Assembly (NCBI GenBank): GCA_964517355.1
Contig: CAZFCK010000001.1
Coordinates: 1-59,805, forward strand
Origin: an uncultured Desulfovibrionaceae bacterium
GTDB taxonomy: Bacteria; Desulfobacterota; Desulfovibrionia; Desulfovibrionales; Desulfovibrionaceae
Reading direction: 5' to 3'
Length of the DNA: 59,805 bases
The number at the start of each line of letters is the position of its first letter. Positions within the stretch are counted from its first letter, which is position 1. Positions 52,508-59,805 of the stretch are shown one piece after another. The translations under genes were made by a program, and so were the position numbers. A model generated the notes under the pieces. It worked only from the letters and a program-made list of their open reading frames with translations. It had not been told where the DNA came from and did no database searches.

Positions 52508-53620
52508 ATGAAAAATGAATTTTACAGAAAAAGGCCTCGTATCGCCATACTGCACGACATGTTTTGCATGCGCGGGGGCGGTGAACGCCTGGTGTTGACG
52601 CTGGCCGCGGAAATGGCGGATACGCTATGTTTCGGTGCGCGCAACCTGACCAACAGCTTCGATCCCGCCGAATTTTGCAAAAACGTCAAAATGGTACACC
52701 TTGGGGCCAGCCGGCTTGTTTTCGGCATCCGTACGCTCCATATCATCTATGCCTTCAGTAAAAAGACGGCCTTTCTCAATGAGCATGATGTGGCCGTGTA
52801 CAGCGGCATTTTCAGTCCTCTGGCCGTGCACAACGGCAGCAATGTGAAAAATGTTTTCTATTGCCATACGCCGCCGCGTTTCGTGTATGATCAGCGCAAA
52901 TTTCTCCTGGCCACACAACACATCCTGCAACGCCCCATCATGAGCGGCTATATCAACTGGTACCGGCCCAAATACGAGGCGGCTGTACGCAAAATGGACA
53001 TCATCATCGCCAACTCGCAGACAGTGCAGAGGCGCATCAAGCATTACTTGGGACTAGATTCGGTGGTGGTGAATCCGCCCTGCGACACCAATCGCTTCAA
53101 GTGGCTTGGCCAGGATGATTTCTATCTTTCCTCTGCGCGGTTGGAGCCGCTTAAGCGGGTGGAAGCCGTGGTGCGCGCGTTTTGCGATATGCCGGAAAAA
53201 CGCCTGGTGGTCACTTCCGGCGGCACTGAGATGAAACGATTGCAGCGGATCGCCCGGGGAGCCGGAAACATCGTGTTCACGGGATGGGTCAACGACGACA
53301 CGCTTTTTGAACTCATGGGGAAATGTATCGCCACGCTCTATATTCCCCGCGAGGAGGATTTCGGCATGTCGCCGGTTGAATCCATGTCTGCGGGAAAGCC
53401 GGTCATCGGCGTGGCGGAGGGTGGTCTTCAGGAAACGATACTACACGAGCAGACGGGCCTTTTATTGTCTCCGGACTTTGGCATAAGCGATATTCAGGAC
53501 GCGGTGCGCTGGTTGCATCCGCAACGCGCACTTTCCATGCGTGAGGACTGCGAGCGGCGGGCTCAGGAGTTTTCCAGCGATAAGTTTTTGGAAAAGATGC
53601 GCAGCCACCTCGCGGGGTGA
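52508..53620 (+). CDS. Glycosyltransferase family 4
   Basis: EX7E motif EDFGMSPVESMSAGKPVIG..GGLQETI..TGLL. Confidence 0.82.
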   Translation: MKNEFYRKRPRIAILHDMFCMRGGGERLVLTLAAEMADTLCFGARNLTNSFDPAEFCKNVKMVHLGASRLVFGIRTLHIIYAFSKKTAFLNEHDVAVYSGIFSPLAVHNGSNVKNVFYCHTPPRFVYDQRKFLLATQHILQRPIMSGYINWYRPKYEAAVRKMDIIIANSQTVQRRIKHYLGLDSVVVNPPCDTNRFKWLGQDDFYLSSARLEPLKRVEAVVRAFCDMPEKRLVVTSGGTEMKRLQRIARGAGNIVFTGWVNDDTLFELMGKCIATLYIPREEDFGMSPVESMSAGKPVIGVAEGGLQETILHEQTGLLLSPDFGISDIQDAVRWLHPQRALSMREDCERRAQEFSSDKFLEKMRSHLAG

Positions 53621-53698
53621 GGTGGCTGCACGTGTTACCTTTGCATCAGGTTTTCCCCTCGGACTGTTCCTGAACAAAAAACGCGATTGTAAATGGCA

Positions 53699-54649
53699 CT
53701 ACATGGACGCGAGGCATTTTTCCCACTCAGGGAGAGCGGGCCGGCCATCTGCAGTGGTCACGCCTTTGAGCCATTCACGGTATTTTTCGGGATTATTTTT
53801 CAACCAGTTGATACCGGCGTCCAAGGGTTTCTGGCTTTGGTCCTCATGCAGGGAGAGCATGATCTGGTTCATCATGGACACGGGAAAGGTGAGATTTTTC
53901 AGGAAGGCGGCGACATTGGGCATTTCTTTGTCAAACCCGGTACGGATATTGGTGTAGATTGTGGCCGTACCGTCGTTGTCACCAAACGTTTCGGCCGTGC
54001 TGCCTTCCAGATACTTCATGTCGATGCGCTCGTTCATGCTGTGGGGCGCCCAGCCCAGGAAAACAATCCAGTTCTTGTCTTTGGCGAATGACTGCACCTG
54101 CCCCAGCATGCCCGCTTCACTGGAAGGGAACAATTCGAATTTACCCAATCCGTACTTATCCTTATCGATCATGGATTGGATAATTTCATTGCCGTCGTTG
54201 CCTTCTTCGATACCGTAGATTTTCCATTCCAGCTTGTCGCCGTATTTGACGATATCCTCGAAATGTTTGAGCCCGCCTTCATAGACATAGGTGGGCACGG
54301 CCAGGGTGTATTTAGCGCCCGGCATGTTGACCATCAGCTGTTGCACCGTGCCTTCTTCAAAAAACTTATCCGCAATGGTTTTCATGGAAGGCATCCAGTT
54401 CCCCAAAAAGACGTCTGCCTCGTTCATGGCCATGGCCTGGTAGGCAATGGGAACCGAGACCAACGTGGCGGAAACATCATAGCCAAGGCATTCGAGCACG
54501 GCTTTGGCCAGTTCGGTTTTAATGGTTACACCAGTCCATCCGACATAGACGAACCGGACTTCCTTGGTGGCGGCCATGGCCGCGTTTCCAGCGAAAACAA
54601 AGGCCAGAACAAGGGACAAAGCGATAATGCATTTTTTCACACCTGACAT
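53699..54649 (-). CDS. Choline/glycine-betaine ABC transporter substrate-binding protein (ProX/OpuAC-like)
   Basis: aaggag SD 6 nt before the ATG at 54649. Signal peptide ..VFAGNAAMA/AT. VYVGWTGVTIKTELAKAVLE..GNWMPS..YGIEEGNDGN. No cognate permease or ATPase lies next to it. Confidence 0.8.
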   Translation of the reverse strand: MSGVKKCIIALSLVLAFVFAGNAAMAATKEVRFVYVGWTGVTIKTELAKAVLECLGYDVSATLVSVPIAYQAMAMNEADVFLGNWMPSMKTIADKFFEEGTVQQLMVNMPGAKYTLAVPTYVYEGGLKHFEDIVKYGDKLEWKIYGIEEGNDGNEIIQSMIDKDKYGLGKFELFPSSEAGMLGQVQSFAKDKNWIVFLGWAPHSMNERIDMKYLEGSTAETFGDNDGTATIYTNIRTGFDKEMPNVAAFLKNLTFPVSMMNQIMLSLHEDQSQKPLDAGINWLKNNPEKYREWLKGVTTADGRPALPEWEKCLASM

Positions 54650-54739
54650 GGCGACTCCTTGGTTCGGGTTGGGGGAAGACCGCGGGACGCACCGCATCCC
54701 GCGATCAGCCTTATCCGCGAATATGTAGGCATGGGAAAA

Positions 54740-56224
54740 TCAGACGCCTTTGGCGCCGAACCATCCCATGGGTTGCGTGGCGTGGTTTTGGAATACGTGT
54801 TTCACTTCCTGGTATTCCTCGAGCCCCATACGGCCCAGTTCTCGTCCCAGGCCGGACTGTTTGTAGCCGCCCCATGGCGCCTGGGGAAAATAGATGTTGA
54901 AGTCGTTAATCCAGACCGTGCCGAAACGCAGCCCGTTGGAAACGCGGCTGATACGGTCGGGATCGCGGGTGAAGAAGCCGGCGGAGAGTCCGTAAATGGT
55001 GTTGTTGGCCCGCCGGACAGCCTCTTCTTCGTTTGAGAAACGCTCCACAGTGATCACGGGGCCGAATACTTCCTCTTGCACGATGCGCATGGTGTCGTCG
55101 CATTCAGTGAAGAGGGTGGGCAGATAGAAAAAGCCGTTACGTAGGGCAGGGTCGGATGGGCGCGATCCTCCGAGCGCGAGTTTCGCCCCTTCTTCCAGAC
55201 CGATGGCGGTATAGCCTTCCACTTTGGCCAGGTGTTCCGCGGAAATGAGCGGCCCCATTTCCGTGCCGGAAGCCATACCGTCGCCCAGTTTTATGTGCGC
55301 CATGCGCGCGGCCAGAGCGTCTACAAAACGGTCATGGATTTCGTCCTGGAGCATGAGCCGCGTTCCTGCCGAGCAGATCTGCCCCGCGTGGAAAAACACC
55401 GCGTTGAGCGCCAGATCCACAGCCAGGTCGAGATCGGCGTCGGCAAAAACGATATTCGGATTTTTGCCTCCCAGTTCCAAAGCGACCTTTTTCACATTTT
55501 TGCTTGCAGCCTGCATGATTTTTTTGCCGGTGACAATGCCCCCGGTGAAAGAGATCAGGTCCACATCGGCGTTTTCCGCTAGTTCGGCGCCCACTGTTGC
55601 GCCGGGTCCCAGCACAAGATTGACCACGCCTTGCGGAAAGCCGACCTCTTCGGCCAACTCGGTTATCTTGATCGTGGTCAACGGGGTTATTTCGCTGGGC
55701 TTCATGACCATGGTGCACCCGGCCGCCAGCGCGGGCGCCATTTTCCAGGAGGCCTGGAGCAAGGGGTAGTTCCACGGGGATATCTGCCCGCATACGCCCA
55801 CGGGTTCGCGTTTGAGCAAGCTGGACGTATCGGCTATGGGGGAGGAGATGATCTCGCCCTCGTCTTTGTCCGCGAGCCCGGCGTAATACCGGAAGATGTC
55901 CGCGATGCCGTCCATGTCCCAACGCGATTCCTCAACGGTTTTCCCTGTGTCCAGCGTTTCGAGTTGCGCCAGTTCTTCACGGTCGCGCTCCACCAGCCGG
56001 GCCAGCTCCATGAGCAATTTACCCCGCTCCTGGCCAGATGTGTGCGGCCATGGTCCCGCGTCAAAGGCTTTTCTTGCCGCGGCCACAGCGTCCTTGACGT
56101 CTTCGCTGTCACCTTTCGCAACCTGGGCCACGGGTTCTTGATTGAAGGGGTTGATGCTTTGCTCTGTGGCGCCGCTCCTGGCGTCCACCCAGGAACCATT
56201 GATGAACATTTTTTTGTGCAACAT
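54740..56224 (-). CDS. betB: Betaine-aldehyde dehydrogenase
   Basis: Aldehyde dehydrogenase motifs ..ELGGKNP.. and ..GQICSAGTR... Lies 11 nt downstream of betA. Confidence 0.85.
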   Translation of the reverse strand: MLHKKMFINGSWVDARSGATEQSINPFNQEPVAQVAKGDSEDVKDAVAAARKAFDAGPWPHTSGQERGKLLMELARLVERDREELAQLETLDTGKTVEESRWDMDGIADIFRYYAGLADKDEGEIISSPIADTSSLLKREPVGVCGQISPWNYPLLQASWKMAPALAAGCTMVMKPSEITPLTTIKITELAEEVGFPQGVVNLVLGPGATVGAELAENADVDLISFTGGIVTGKKIMQAASKNVKKVALELGGKNPNIVFADADLDLAVDLALNAVFFHAGQICSAGTRLMLQDEIHDRFVDALAARMAHIKLGDGMASGTEMGPLISAEHLAKVEGYTAIGLEEGAKLALGGSRPSDPALRNGFFYLPTLFTECDDTMRIVQEEVFGPVITVERFSNEEEAVRRANNTIYGLSAGFFTRDPDRISRVSNGLRFGTVWINDFNIYFPQAPWGGYKQSGLGRELGRMGLEEYQEVKHVFQNHATQPMGWFGAKGV

Positions 56225-56235
56225 GAAATTTTTTC

Positions 56236-57891
56236 CTAATTATTTTGCGTGGCGGGAGAGTGTTTGTGGAATCCTGCACGGTCAGGCTGGAGGGGCGTAT
56301 TGCCCAAAATCGCGTCCGCGGCTTTTTCGGCGATCATCATTACGGGGGAGTAGATGTTACCGTTGGTAATGTACGGCATAACCGAGGCGTCCACCACGCG
56401 GAGGCCGTCAATGCCGTGGACCTGCAGGTCCTTGTCCACAACGGCCGTATTGCCGTAGCCCATTTTGCAGGTACAGCTCGGGTGGTAGGCGCTTTCTCCT
56501 TCACTGGCCACGAAATTGAGAATTTCCTCGTCGCTTTGCACCTGCTCGCCGGGGGCGAGTTCCGGGCCGCGGAAGCGGTCAAAGGCCGGTTGGGTCATGA
56601 TGCGCCGGGTCACGCGAATGGCGTCCACCCAATCCTTGCGCTCCTGGGGAGTGGAGAGATAATTGAACAAAATTTTTGGATATTCCGCCGGATTGGCCGA
56701 GGCGATTTTCACGTGGCCCCGTACGTCGGTGTTCATGGGGCCCACATGCACCTGATAGCCGTGGGTTCCCTGGGCCACTGAGCCGTCGTAACGGATGGCG
56801 ATGGGCAGAAAGTGGTACTGCAGGTTGGGGTAGGGCGCCTGATCGTTGCTGCGGATGAAGCCGCCGGCCTCAAAGTGGTTGCTGGCGCCGGTGCCTGTCC
56901 TGCCGAAAAGCCATTGCAGGCCGATCTTGGGCTGATTGTACCACTTGAGCGCCGGAAAGAGGCTTACCGGTTCCTTGCAGGCATATTGCACATAGAGTTC
57001 CAGGTGGTCTTGCAGATTTTCCCCCACGCCGGGCAGGTCCCGCACCACGGGGATGCCCAGGGCTTTCAGTTCCTCGCCGTTGCCCACGCCGGAGAGTTGC
57101 AGCAGTTGCGGCGAGTTGATGGCGCCGCCGCAGCAGATGATTTCGCCTCCGTATGCCTGGCGGATCTTTTTACCCTGGGAATATTCCACGCCCACGGCTT
57201 GTTTTCCGGAAAAAACGATCTTGTGCGCCAGGGCGCGGAGTTTGATGTGCAGATTGCGGCGATTTTTCACTGGATGCACATAGGCGCGCGCCGCGTTCCA
57301 ACGTCTGCCGCGGTAGATGGTTCCGTCGAAACGGCCGAACCCCTCCTGCTGGTAGCCGTTGACATCCGACGTCAAAGGATAGCCGGCTTGCTGCACGGCC
57401 TGGAAAAAGGAGTCGAACAAAGGATTGTCGCATTCGGGGGTGGTCAGGTAGAGGGGGCCGCCCGTGCCCTGATAATGATCCGCGCCTGCCAGGCGGTATT
57501 CAAAGCGTTTGAAATAGGGCAGACAGTGGGCGTAATCCCAGTTTTCAAGACCGTCCTCCCCGGCCCATTTCTCATAATCCATGGCATTGCCGCGGATGTA
57601 GATCATGCCGTTGATGCAGCTTGATCCTCCGAGCACTTTCCCGCGCGGCTGATAGATACGCCTGTTGTTCATGAAGGGTTCGGGCTCGGATTCGTACCAC
57701 CAGTTGTAGAATTTTCCGGCCAGGGGGTAGGTGAGCGCCGCGGGCATGTGGATGCGGAAATCGAATCTATAGTCGGGGCGTCCCGCTTCGAGCACAAGCA
57801 CCTTGTTCTTGGGATTTGCGCTGAGGCGGTTGGCCAGCACGCTGCCGGCAGAGCCGCCGCCAATGACGATATAGTCGTAGTTGATGGGCAT
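56236..57891 (-). CDS. betA: Choline dehydrogenase (GMC oxidoreductase)
   Basis: [85 protein letters not shown] closely tracks my recollection of E. coli BetA. ggagg SD. Confidence 0.92.
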   Translation of the reverse strand: MPINYDYIVIGGGSAGSVLANRLSANPKNKVLVLEAGRPDYRFDFRIHMPAALTYPLAGKFYNWWYESEPEPFMNNRRIYQPRGKVLGGSSCINGMIYIRGNAMDYEKWAGEDGLENWDYAHCLPYFKRFEYRLAGADHYQGTGGPLYLTTPECDNPLFDSFFQAVQQAGYPLTSDVNGYQQEGFGRFDGTIYRGRRWNAARAYVHPVKNRRNLHIKLRALAHKIVFSGKQAVGVEYSQGKKIRQAYGGEIICCGGAINSPQLLQLSGVGNGEELKALGIPVVRDLPGVGENLQDHLELYVQYACKEPVSLFPALKWYNQPKIGLQWLFGRTGTGASNHFEAGGFIRSNDQAPYPNLQYHFLPIAIRYDGSVAQGTHGYQVHVGPMNTDVRGHVKIASANPAEYPKILFNYLSTPQERKDWVDAIRVTRRIMTQPAFDRFRGPELAPGEQVQSDEEILNFVASEGESAYHPSCTCKMGYGNTAVVDKDLQVHGIDGLRVVDASVMPYITNGNIYSPVMMIAEKAADAILGNTPLQPDRAGFHKHSPATQNN

Positions 57892-57903
57892 ACGTCCTCC
57901 GAA

Positions 57904-58725
57904 TTAAGCAATGTTACCGGGATATTTCAAGTTGTCGCCGTGGGGTGCGATACTCTCCTGCGTTCCCGTTTCATCTTCCTCTTTATGAGAGCGCTGCGTA
58001 TTTGGCGCGTGTTGCGCAACGCATTGCCTGAGCAGCACATAGTGGTTGGCAATGCTGGAAAGGGCCTTCATGGGTTCTCCGGCCGCGATATGCAGTGCTG
58101 TTTCCACCCAGTTGTCAGCCGTATGTTTGCGGAATTCCGTATCTTCATACAGTGTATGGTCGTGTGAGCCGAAGCCTTGCTGCGTGGCCGCCATGACCCA
58201 TTCAAAGACGGGATTTCGGGCCAGGCGCCCCAGCTGGAGATTTAGATTGCGATCCATCTCGTCAAGGGCGTCCAGATCCGGCTCTGGCTGCATTGTCGCC
58301 TTTTGCAGGGCCAAGGCGTCCTGTAAGAGTTTTTGCTTGGCTTCCCGGTCGCCCCTGGCGATGGACAGAACAGTGATGGTGCGATCCGTGGCCTCACGGA
58401 ATTCGATAATGTGCTCTGCGCCGACATGATGCATTTTGAACAGCAGGGCCAGGGATTGGCCGACGTTGTTGACGTCCAGGGTACGGACAAAAGCGCCCCC
58501 TTTTGCCCCCTTGCGGATTTCCAGGAGTCCTTTTTCCTTGAGGGCGCGCAGGGCCTCTCGAATCACGCCCCTTCCCGTCTTGAATTGCGTTTGCATGTCG
58601 CGTTCGCTGGGCAAGCCCTCTCCTGGGCGTATTTTTCCGGAAACAATGGCCGCCTCGATTTGCAGGACAACATCCTCGGAACTGCGTCCTGTGGCGGCGG
58701 GAGTGAAAAAGTGGTTGTGCGTCAT
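57904..58725 (-). CDS. GntR/FadR-family transcriptional regulator (winged HTH plus FCD domain)
   Basis: LQIEAAIVSGKIRPGEGLPSERDMQTQFKTGRGVIREALRALKEKGLLEIRKGAKGGAFV. First gene of the betA-betB-proX string. Confidence 0.85.
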   Translation of the reverse strand: MTHNHFFTPAATGRSSEDVVLQIEAAIVSGKIRPGEGLPSERDMQTQFKTGRGVIREALRALKEKGLLEIRKGAKGGAFVRTLDVNNVGQSLALLFKMHHVGAEHIIEFREATDRTITVLSIARGDREAKQKLLQDALALQKATMQPEPDLDALDEMDRNLNLQLGRLARNPVFEWVMAATQQGFGSHDHTLYEDTEFRKHTADNWVETALHIAAGEPMKALSSIANHYVLLRQCVAQHAPNTQRSHKEEDETGTQESIAPHGDNLKYPGNIA

Positions 58726-58882
58726 GAATAATCATCCATAATGGTAATACCTTAATTGTTGTTATTGCCTAGATCGATAGTGTTTATGTTTGGAAAGTTG
58801 TAATGTTTATATGGAATTTTTCTTAAGATAAAGGTACATATAAAAATTAATTCGAATTGAAGGATGTGGTCGTCTTGTTAAT

Positions 58883-58893
58883 TGGTAGGACCA
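58883..58893. promoter_or_regulatory. Candidate GntR/FadR-type operator
   Basis: Perfect palindrome TGGT-agg-ACCA (GntR-family sites are typically t.GT-N-AC.a). Lies 158 nt upstream of the GntR gene start, in an AT-rich divergent region. Confidence 0.3.
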
Positions 58894-59126
58894 TTTATGT
58901 CGATTCTTGGAGTTATTGTCAACCTTTGCTATTTTTCTTGGATATCTGGCTGGTTGGCCGCAAAACAGGTTCGCACGCCCAATGGAAGGGAAATGATGTT
59001 ACGGGGCGATCAGGCCGGAAGGGGGAGCCGGCGTGGGCTTGATTGGCCCAATGTCGGGCGGTGGACTTTTGCGGTGTATTGATGCAGCATATTTTTTTCA
59101 GAAAATAAAGCGGATATGAGGAAACA

Positions 59127-59756
59127 ATGAGCATAAGCGATGATGAGCGTTGGCTGGACTGGGCACGCCGTATCCAGGCAGTGTGTCAGACAGGGCTCCA
59201 ATTGACTGAAGGGTATTATGATCGCATCAATTATGGGCGGCTGATGGAAGTGGCGGCTGAAATCGTTGCGGCGAGAAGCAATTTGCCCCCGTTGGAATTG
59301 CTTGAGGGCTTCAGCACGCAGCCGGGCTACGCCACCGTGAAGGTGGACGTACGCGGCGCCTGTATACGTGAAGGGCGTATCCTTTTGGTGCAAGAGCGCC
59401 GGGATGGGCGTTGGACAATGCCCGGAGGATGGGCCGACATAGGAGAAAAGCCGTCCGTCATGGTGGCGCGCGAGGTTTTGGAGGAAAGTGGTTACGTGGT
59501 GCGTCCGACTCGTGTGGTGGGCGTGTACGATGCGAATCGTTCACCACGGAGGCTTGAGTTTTTTCATGCCTATAAAGTGGTTTTTCTGTGCGAGGTGGAA
59601 GGCGGTGAAGCGCGCATCAGCGACGAGACGAGCGCTGTTGATTTCTTCGGCTTTGACAACCTGCCGCCATTGTCTTCGCCCCGTACGGACCCGCGGCATG
59701 TTGAGCATATTCAGGCGTGTCTTGACGATCCTGCTTTGCCCGCTTTTTTTGATTAG
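59127..59756 (+). CDS. NUDIX hydrolase with a Nudix_N_2-type N-terminal domain
   Basis: gagga SD. N-terminus WLDWARRIQAVCQTGLQLTEGYYDRINYGRL. Nudix box GGWADIGEKPSVMVAREVLEESGY. The stop codon TAG is the first 3 nt of an R1 copy. Confidence 0.85.
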   Translation: MSISDDERWLDWARRIQAVCQTGLQLTEGYYDRINYGRLMEVAAEIVAARSNLPPLELLEGFSTQPGYATVKVDVRGACIREGRILLVQERRDGRWTMPGGWADIGEKPSVMVAREVLEESGYVVRPTRVVGVYDANRSPRRLEFFHAYKVVFLCEVEGGEARISDETSAVDFFGFDNLPPLSSPRTDPRHVEHIQACLDDPALPAFFD

Positions 59757-59805
59757 AGCATCTCACGCTTGAAAAGCGCTAGATGCTCTTATGCATTTCC
59801 CTGGA
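59754..59805 (+). repeat. R1 element, 5' half only, cut by the window end
   Basis: 52/52 identical to 11441-11492 (positions 1-52 of the unit). Confidence 0.9.

Noticed and set aside
58897-59082. 61-aa ORF (MSILGVIVNLCYFSWISGWLAAKQV...) with a weak AGGA SD in the gntR/nudix divergent region
   Set aside because: It has one plausible TM helix. The remainder is Arg/Gly-rich, codon usage differs from neighbouring genes, and it overlaps the candidate operator. The evidence is too thin to call a gene.
1-59805. The idea that the window is a closed circular replicon, because the ends form one R1 element minus 3 nt
   Set aside because: The content is housekeeping chromosome (groESL, htpX, ald, PBP, two-component systems). 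I recognise no replication, partition or conjugation genes. A contig break at a multi-copy repeat is the simpler explanation.

Overview
This is a 59.8-kb chromosomal segment that looks Desulfovibrionaceae-like. That is an inference from GroEL/GroES, a rubredoxin, abundant HDOD/HD-GYP/PAS signalling genes and sigma-54 promoters. All calls come from reading the sequence and ORF track by eye. Family names are motif recognition, not database hits.

I support about 45 protein genes. I recognised no rRNA, tRNA, CRISPR array, transposase, integrase or phage gene.

**Gene content, left to right**
- Orphan 113-aa gene between repeat copies, a gene remnant, and a transglutaminase-like protein.
- HTH + PBP-like (TunR-class) regulator.
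- NarL-type two-component pair.
- lrp-ald.
- Dense nest of intergenic repeats.
- Co-directional trio: secreted protein, ClpV/TssH-type AAA+ ATPase, ABC-2 permease.
- DD-carboxypeptidase with a SPOR domain.
- Two HDOD proteins.
- Orphan DppD-type ATPase and an MBL hydrolase.
- htpX.
- Sigma-54 bicistron.
- Polytopic membrane protein translationally overlapped with a 1073-aa AsmA-family protein, plus a 25-aa peptide.
- Rubredoxin.
- PAS-kinase / REC-HD-GYP / REC-TPR operon.
- Nitronate-monooxygenase-like flavoprotein.
- CIRCE-controlled groES-groEL.
- ABC-transporter-dependent glycan cluster, partly AT-rich.
- GntR-betA-betB-proX choline-to-betaine cluster.
- NUDIX hydrolase.

**Repeats**
Four short repeat families (R1-R4) punctuate the intergenic space. 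R1 is a 105-nt MITE-like element with terminal inverted repeats and TA flanks. The window starts and ends inside R1 copies.

**Best candidates for something undescribed**
1. The stand-alone ClpV-type ATPase, flanked by a secreted protein and a partner-less ABC-2 permease, with no other T6SS gene in view.
2. The membrane-protein/AsmA/micropeptide module.
3. The glycan cluster, with an inverted-architecture Wzt (novel about 345-aa N-terminal domain) and a 1650-aa methyltransferase-like / coiled-coil / triple-glycosyltransferase fusion.

All three are hypotheses that need database and experimental checks.
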